The position numbers were made by a program, and so were the translations under genes. Source: Eledone cirrhosa (Eukaryota). Taken from it: 64,000 nucleotides of DNA. Within the stretch, counting starts at the first letter, position 1, and every line of letters starts with the position of its first letter. The stretch is from NCBI GenBank assembly GCA_964016885.1, contig OZ024741.1, forward strand, positions 54,560,001 through 54,624,000. Reading direction: 5' to 3'. Positions 55,415 to 64,000 of this stretch are shown here, one piece after another. Under the pieces are notes generated by a model that was given only the letters and a program-made list of their open reading frames with translations, was not told the DNA's origin and made no database searches.

Positions 55415-57387
55415 TTTGAGTCTCAGTCATCGATGTTAGGTAACTGGAAAGTTTGTTGAAATTAATATCAAGCCACTACCTGCAGCCTCAGATATTCAGG
55501 ACGTATCGGAGGGTTCTTGCTGTTCCCTGCAAGCATGCCTTTTGAAGCGTTTCAAAAACCGTGGCGGGGCCAATTTTCTTTAACCATCCCTGTAAACTTT
55601 TTGAGATAGTCCCCAGTGCGCCTATGACAATCGGGACCACTTTGACTTCATGGCAGTTCCAAATCCTTTTTACCTCCCACTTTAAGTCCTGGTATCGGTT
55701 AATTTTCTCCCTCTCCTTCTCTTGCACTCTCGTGTCGAATGGGCAGGCCACATCCACAATCACACGATATTTTTTCTTTGTCCAAAACCACCAGGTCAGG
55801 TCTAGTGTGTTCCAGTTTCTTGTCTGTCTGTATCCTAAAATCCCACAGCACCTTCACCTGATCGTTTTCTATCACCGACTCTGGCTTATGCTCATACCAC
55901 TTCTCAGAATGTGGTAAATTGTTTACTTTGCATAGGTGCCATTGGATTACCCTGCCCATCACATCATGTCTCCAGCCCTTATAGTGAGTCTGGGCTAGGT
56001 GTTTACACTCGGATACAATGTGAGCCACAGTCTCCTCTCTCTCTCCACAGATCCTGCACAGTGGGCTAGCCTCCTCCTTGTAAATATGGTGTTTCAACCA
56101 CTTCGCTTTGAGGGCCTGCTCTTGCGCAGCCATTAACATTCCTTCTGTAGCTTTTTTAAGGTCTCCTCTTTTCAACCAGTTCCATGTCTGTGGATCTCAG
56201 TTTTCTCAAAGAAGGTACTATGAGGGGATTTTTCATGAAGGCTGCTCTTTCTCCTTGTTGTTATTTCCTCCTTGGACATCTCCTGGTCTATTGTCCTCTC
56301 TTACAGTACAGTTCTGAGCATTGGCTCCTTACTATCAGTCACGTATTTGTGTAGGTTGTTTTTCTCCATCTGAACACAGTCCTCTATGCTGATAAGACCT
56401 CTTCCACCCTCAGATCTCCTTAAGTAGAGTCTATCGACATCACTCCTCTTGTGGAACATGTTGTAGATAGTCAATAGCTTCCTAGTCTTCCTATCCATTT
56501 TTTTTTTTTTTCAGCAACATTCCATCTCAGAATTCCCGCACTGTACCTAATAATAGACACAGCTCGGGAATTTACTGCACTTATGGCATTCCTACTGTTC
56601 AGATGTGACTTTAATACGCTCCTTACTCTCCGAATGTATTCAGATCTTATGAATTCCTTCATTTTTTTGTTCTTGATGTCATCAGAACACCCAAATACTT
56701 GTATCCTTCTTCAGTGTCAATTTCCTTTATCATCTCACCTGTTGGTACCTGGATTCCGTTGCTTCTGCTCAATTTACCCCTCTTCATCACAAGGACTCCA
56801 CACTTACTAATATAAAATTGCATACATATATCATTGCTGAAAATACGGACAGTGTCAACAAGCACATCCAACTCCTTCTCACTCTTCCCGAAGAGCTTAA
56901 GATCGTCCATGAAGAGGAGGTGATTGATGGTAAGCTCTCCCTTTCCCAACTTGTATCCTGCTCTCACTTTTCGCAGTATAATGGTCAGGGGCATCAGGGC
57001 AAGGACAAACAACAGAGGGGACAGACTATCTCCCTGGAAGATACCTCTCTTGATCTTCACGCCTCCCAAGGATTCTCCAGCTGATGTTAACTCTGTTTTC
57101 CAGGACTTCATACTTTTGCCCAACAACTGTCTGATGTTATCTGCCACCTTGAAGATCTCTATGCTTTTGATGATCCAAGAATGAGGCACCATATCAAATG
57201 CCTTTTTGTAGTCTATCCATCCCATGGCAAGACCAGTGTGTCTCCTCTTGCAATTCCTCATTACCATCTTATCAATAAGTAACTGGTCCTTTGTACCACG
57301 GGACTTCTTTCAGCATCCTTTCTGTTCGTCCGGTAACAAGTTGTTTGTGTGGAGGTGATGGTAGATTTCCTCAGACATAATGCTTGT
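55413..57387 (-). mobile_element. 5'-truncated Dong-like R4 LINE embedded in (TAA)n
   Basis: [35 protein letters not shown]; same family as 33236. Confidence 0.95.
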
Positions 57388-57411
57388 TATTATTATTATT
57401 ATTATTATTAA

Positions 57412-57466
<55 letters not shown>

Positions 57467-57468
57467 TA

Positions 57469-57525
<57 letters not shown>

Positions 57526-57547
57526 TATTTTTGCTTTGAAATAGCGA

Positions 57548-57785
57548 TGTATACATGAATGTATGTATAGTATATTTGGCAATATACTGTATGTTTAATT
57601 AAAAACAATTTAGAAGATCACTCGCTATCAGTTTTAAACTAGGTACTACATCACTTACTTATTCTCGGCAAATAACAAGTGACGTAGTCACTACTTTAAA
57701 ACTCATAGCGAATGCTCTTCTAAATCTTTTTAATTAAACCTCCAGTATATTGCCAAATATACTATATATACATTCATGTATATAT
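57548..57785. repeat. ~240-bp imperfect fold-back palindrome
   Basis: CATGAATGTATGTATAGTATATTTGGCAATATACTG ... CAGTATATTGCCAAATATACTATATATACATTCATG. Confidence 0.85.
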
Positions 57786-58120
57786 ATATTTCAGGAAAAC
57801 GACATAACAGAGGTACAAAAAGTCTTATTAGTTTCCCGCTTTATATGGAAAAGAGCGAAAGAAGATTCGTGGTCGGGCTTTAGCCCTTCTTCGTGAGTAC
57901 TAAAGTAGAAACCGGATCACAAAGGATAAATACAGAAAATAAAAGGTAGTCCAAGTAAAAAGAAAAGTCCACACGCATTTATATACACATTTCCACACCC
58001 TGGTTTACCTCTTTGTTGTGTGTATACAGATTTTTGTTTATCATATACTTCGGTTACTTATATATATATATATATTGTATATAACGAGGAATCAGTGATG
58101 CATTAAAACACAATTTATTT

Positions 58121-58212
58121 ACATATTACATATGTTTCTCCGACGATCAGCTTAAGTCAGGATCTATTATAGATCGAACCCGACTCTGCACTCGCAAGTT
58201 CCTCAGATATGT
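58121..58212 (-). ncRNA. Type I hammerhead (partly decayed helix II)
   Basis: Minus strand: acatat-CTGAGGA...GAAA-catatg-TA-atatgt. Confidence 0.7.
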
Positions 58213-58372
58213 TAAGGTCCGCATTTACAACAAATATATATATATGTACGGCAACACTCATCTTTTTCCATTTCTCCGAGGGTTGTAAACCCCACTATCA
58301 GGCTAGAAATTTCTTTAGTCTAAAATACGGTGAAAGCTTATAATTTCTAATTTCAAATTTCAAACTCGCGCA

Positions 58373-58423
58373 CAGGACTAGAACTGTTTCATTCGTGGTT
58401 ACCTCCGATCCAACCCGGAATAA

Positions 58424-58463
<40 letters not shown>

Positions 58464-59341
58464 AAAGGAATTGTGGTAAGGAACCAGATGGACCATAACG
58501 CACCAGAGTACTCAATACTTAGGGTAGTAGAGTGGGAAATAGGAAAAAGTATGACCCCGACGGCAGAGCTTAAGGCAATTTATATCTGTATTAATACTAC
58601 TGCACCAAACGACCAGCCCTGTCCATTGTTCAATTGGTCAAATATAGATTAAAATAGGCACTCCCAAAAATTCTTATTTAGATAAAATAAGCCATATATT
58701 CATTGTATTCCCATTAAAAACCTTCTATATACTTGTTTACCATCAAATTGAATTACCATCTGTCATATACTATCCCTTCTCTTCTTCCTTTCTTACAACT
58801 AATATAAATACTTTAATTTTTCTGATTTTTTCCAATTTATCCAATATCTCTGAAGAAGTGACAACTGATTATACGTTTGCTATCGAATACTTGCTAACAT
58901 TATATGATTACGCAAGCAGCGATACATAGGTATTCCGTCTGTTACAGAAACATATGTCAATACCTAATAAATTCCTTTATAAAAGCACTTTCATTTTATA
59001 TTCATCTTTTCTACATTTTCTCCGGAATATAATTTATACTCGTTGAGCAAACCTACACGTACGCTGTTCATCTCTAACGTGACGATATATTATCACTACA
59101 TTATTGATAACTTGAAATTATATATATATATATATATATATATAGGAAAAAGTATGACCCCGACGGCAGAGCTCAAGCCGTTTCGACGGCTATTTCTGGA
59201 CTCTGAGTCCAGAAATAGCCGTCGAAACGCCTTGAGCTCTGCCGTCGGGTCATAGTTTTTCCTATTTCCCACTCTACTACCCTAAGTATTGAGTACTCTG
59301 GTGCGTTATGGTCCATCTGGTTCCTTACCACAATTCCTTTG

Positions 59342-59392
<51 letters not shown>

Positions 59393-59443
59393 TTATTCCG
59401 GGTTGGATCTGAGGTAACCACGAATGAAACAGTTCTAGTCCTG
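58373..59443. repeat. Nested inverted repeats (58373-58575 / 59232-59443) enclosing an HHR-like segment (58845-58962) and a near-perfect hairpin (59142-59265)
   Basis: Direct reverse-complement matching. Confidence 0.85.
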
Positions 59444-59472
59444 TAGAAGCTCTTCTACATATATATATATAT

Positions 59473-60140
<668 letters not shown>

Positions 60141-60329
60141 CCTCTACCTGGAGTTGCGACCGATAGATAGTATTAGCAACTGGAAAGACCGACGAAAACA
60201 TTGTTTCCGCGGTCCGATTTGACGAAAGTCGATCGATATATACATTTGTGTAATTAATACGAATTATCGGTCTTTTATTACCAGTCCAAACCTGGAGGTT
60301 CATTACGCTAGCTCTTATTCCGGTTTTCA

Positions 60330-60545
60330 CTTGGACTGGACGCTAGTCTTTCACAGGAGTAGATCCCCAGCTACTCATGGCATACATTTGTAGATGAGTG
60401 GACTGAAGCCACGTGCAATTAAGTGTTTTGCTCAAGAACATAACGCAGCCCAGCCCAGGAATCAAACCCAAAACATTATAACTGTAGTAAAGCACATTGC
60501 CTATTGGTTATGCTGTTACAGCATAACCAATAGGCAATGCTTTAC
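60330..60545 (-). mobile_element. Diverged SINE of the second family, with a palindromic head
   Basis: AAGTGTTTTGCTCAAGAAC...GGAATCAAACCC. Confidence 0.65.
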
Positions 60546-60702
60546 TCAATTCCTTGTTTGAAGACTTCTATATATTAACTAAACATATTATTGTTTATAT
60601 ATTCCGTTGAAGAATCTGGTTTCGGTTACATACATATGATGGTTCAGGCTAAATGATGATAAACCTAGTATTCAGATATTCATAGTATTACTTTATATAT
60701 AA

Positions 60703-60848
<146 letters not shown>

Positions 60849-61258
60849 TGTATGTGTGTGTGTTTGTGTATATGTACGCATGCAAGTATGTCTTCGTCTG
60901 GTATCTTTGTTTACATTATTTCAGTGTTGGTTTAGGAAATATGTGATATGTTGCGCACTTTACACTATCAGTCCGTTGTCAGACTTCAATCGTAATTCAT
61001 TTAGTAGATTCCAAACAAATTTTTCTGTCTGTTTCACTGACGTTATATAATCTCTCATGCATGTTTCCAGAAGTTCAATCTTCCAATTCGTTGCGCAAAA
61101 TGGTGTTATCAGGCAACACTATGCACGAAATTGCATTCCGGGAGGTGGTCGAAAAAGTCTATTTACGCTGTTTAAGGGTTCGTCTTAAGTGGCAGCTCCT
61201 CCGTGTGCAAATTTCTTAAAACACGGACGAACGCATACACACATATACACACACACAC

Positions 61259-61305
<47 letters not shown>

Positions 61306-61879
61306 TGAGATTAATTAAAATAAGGTGGGCGAAGACAACGGAAAATCAGATGAAACACGGGATAGTCCTTTCTCACCAACTCATCTCCGACGTTTCTTTG
61401 GGTTTCGGTTAAAAATTAGGGCGATACCAATAACTCCATTGCTCATAGGACAATAACAAATGGACACAAGATAAATAGAATTTGCTACATCCCGATGTGC
61501 TGCAGCTGAAAATATGAAATGGAAACAAAACCCAACATATTAGCCTAGAAAAAGAAGGTTTAAGAGACAGAGAATATACAAACATAAATAACCAAAGAAT
61601 TTCCCTCGTTTTGACGTTGATCCGAAATAGACAGACAGAACAAGCAGAGAAAGAGGGATTAATGAAGGGGAGTACAGAGAACGCCGTGGTGTAACTTTTG
61701 AAACTTATTAATTTGAAAGAATGTCCAGCGTGGTTAAGAGCTAATAAAATTAATTCAAAAAGTGGAGCGTTAAGCCAACGGAAAAAGGAGGAAACACAGG
61801 ACAGTACCTTCTCATCAGTCGACCTCTGGAGGTCCTTGTTGTTTCGTGTTTGAGGTCAATACCACTACCTCCAGTGAAC

Positions 61880-63450
61880 ATATATATATCTACTTCCTCC
61901 CCAAACTCCACAAATCCGACAACCCCGGCCGCCCCATCGTATCCGCTTGCAACTGCCCCACCGAACTCATCTCCGCCCTTCTTAGCCATCCTCGCCCTCC
62001 TCGTCAGCACCCTCCCCTCCCACATCCCGGCACCAAACACGCCCTTCGCCTATTCGACTCCTTCACCTTTCCACCCGGCCCACAGCCCTTCCTCTTCACC
62101 CTAGATATCAAGTCACTTTATACTGTCATCCTCCACGCCGACAGCCTACGTGCCCTCAAGCACTACCTCGACCTTCGCCCCTCCCCCATCCCCTCCACCC
62201 CCACCATCATTCGCCTCGCCGAGCTGGTCCTCACCCTCAACTGTTTCTCCTTCTCGGGTGAGTTTTACCAACAGGTCACGGGGGTAGCTATGGGCACAAG
62301 AATGGGCCCAAACTATGCCAACATTTTCGTTGGCCAAGTTGAGGCCCAAATCTTTGCCCAGTACACCGCACGCCCGAACTGTACGGTCGTTACATTGACA
62401 ACTGTATCGGAGCCACGAACCTCACCCGAGAACAGGTCGACTCCATTCTTTCCTTCTTCTGCCCCCCCCCCCCCCCCCCCTCCCTCCACTTCACCGCCTC
62501 TATCTCCAGCACCCACGGCAACTTCTTAGATATCTCCGTCGCCATGGACCCCTCCCACCACTCCCTCGTCACCTCCGCCTTCTTCAAACCTACCGACTCC
62601 CACTCCTACCTCGACTTCACCTCTTCCCACCCTACACACACTAAACACTCTATTCCCTACTCCCAACTCCTAAGGATCCACCGCCTCTGCAGCCGAAATG
62701 CTGACTTTGAGTCCCAGGCCCTTTCCCTAGTCAGCCATTTCATCCGCAGAGGTTACCCCCCCCCCCCTCGTCCACACCGCCCTCACTCGCGCCCGTGCTG
62801 TCCACCGCTCCACCACCCTCACCTCACGGCACTGCACACCCACCGTCTCCCCTTCCCCCTCACCTACCACCCCTCCACTATACCCCTCCACCACATCATC
62901 CTCCGCCTCTTCCGACGCCTCGAGTCCGACCCCTCCACCTCCCACATCTTCCCATCCCCACCACTCCCCTCCTTCAAACGCGCACGCAATCTCCGCACCC
63001 TCCTCGTCCGCAGCTCCCTACCCCTCAACCCCCCCGGTTCCCTTCCCTATTCCAGGCCTCGTTGCAACACCTGCCCCCACATCACCAACACTACCACCTT
63101 CCAGGGTCCCAACGACCACTCTCTCTCTCTGTCCGGCACACCTTCCGCAACACCTCCTCCAACCTAGTCTATGGACTTCGCTGCACGGAGTGTCGCGCAA
63201 CCTACGTCGGACAGACTGGACGTCGCCTGGCGGACCGTTTCACCGAACACCTCCGGGATATTCGCTTCGGCGGGAGTCCCCCAATCGCCCGCCACTTTGG
63301 CTCCCATGGACATTCCGCGCACCACCTCACAGTCTGTGGCCTACTCCAATGCCACAGAACCCCTGCCACCCTCCTCATGGTCAAACAACGCACCATCTTC
63401 ACCCTACAGACCCACACTCACCCCGGCCTGAACTCCCCGACTGCCCTGCC
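61880..63450 (+). mobile_element. C-rich Penelope-like element (RT + GIY-YIG), frameshifted
   Basis: YFLPKLHK..GRPIVS, LDIKSLYT, GVAMGTRMGP, KPTDSHSYL, NLVYGLRC..YVGQTGR. Confidence 0.93.
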
Positions 63451-64000
63451 CCCCCCCCCCCCCCCCCCACACACACACATATCACCCACTAACACCACTA
63501 ACACACTTCTCCTTTTCACCGCCCACCCCACAATTAACAATACTAACACCCCACCCCACCACCGACTACCTTCCTCCAACTAACAATACTAACTCCCCCT
63601 CCCCCCTATCACGCACACACCCACGGGTACATATATACACGCACTCACACCACCCACACACCCTACTACCACCACTAACCCTCACCCACATATCCACTCC
63701 AACCACCCCACAACTAATACCACTAACATCCCCCCGACCCAACGCACACGAACACACACACCCACCTATATCCACTTACACCACCCACTCTACACACCCT
63801 TCCACCACTGACTTCCACTAACACACCCGCATTCAACCCTTTCCCCTCCACCAGTATACTAACACCCACTAACACCCCCTTCACCATACACACACTCATC
63901 CAAACACGCATACACACACCAGTACACTACACTCACTCCACCGTCCCCACATCTTTCTCTCCCTCTCTCCGCTCCACCCACACCCCTTCAGACAAACACA

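Noticed and set aside
61340-61830. Isolated GAAACGTC and CTGATGA on the minus strand
   Set aside because: I could not assemble them into a complete core.

Overview
Repeat-saturated animal DNA with no recognisable host protein-coding exon. The SINE families and dense (AT)n/(CATA)n/(TAA)n microsatellites suggest an octopus-like cephalopod (inference). Contents: (i) a ~720-bp tandem array of at least 11 units at 1-7800; (ii) three Tx1/L1-clade LINEs, four R4/Dong-type RLE LINEs plus a lone 3' UTR, RTE fragments, 4-5 Penelope-like elements (PLEs) and tRNA-derived SINEs; (iii) many PLE-type hammerhead ribozyme (HHR) motifs and fold-back palindromes. Main discovery candidate: each array unit carries a hammerhead catalytic core (CUGAUGA, GAAA, AUA cleavage triplet, in register with a 7-bp helix I and a 5-bp helix III; units 1, 6 and 11 are damaged). 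The three core strands occur in a non-circularly permuted, pseudoknotted order, and a canonical kink-turn extends helix III. This suggests a self-cleaving satellite/retrozyme with an unusual ribozyme topology. All folds were read by eye, not computed.
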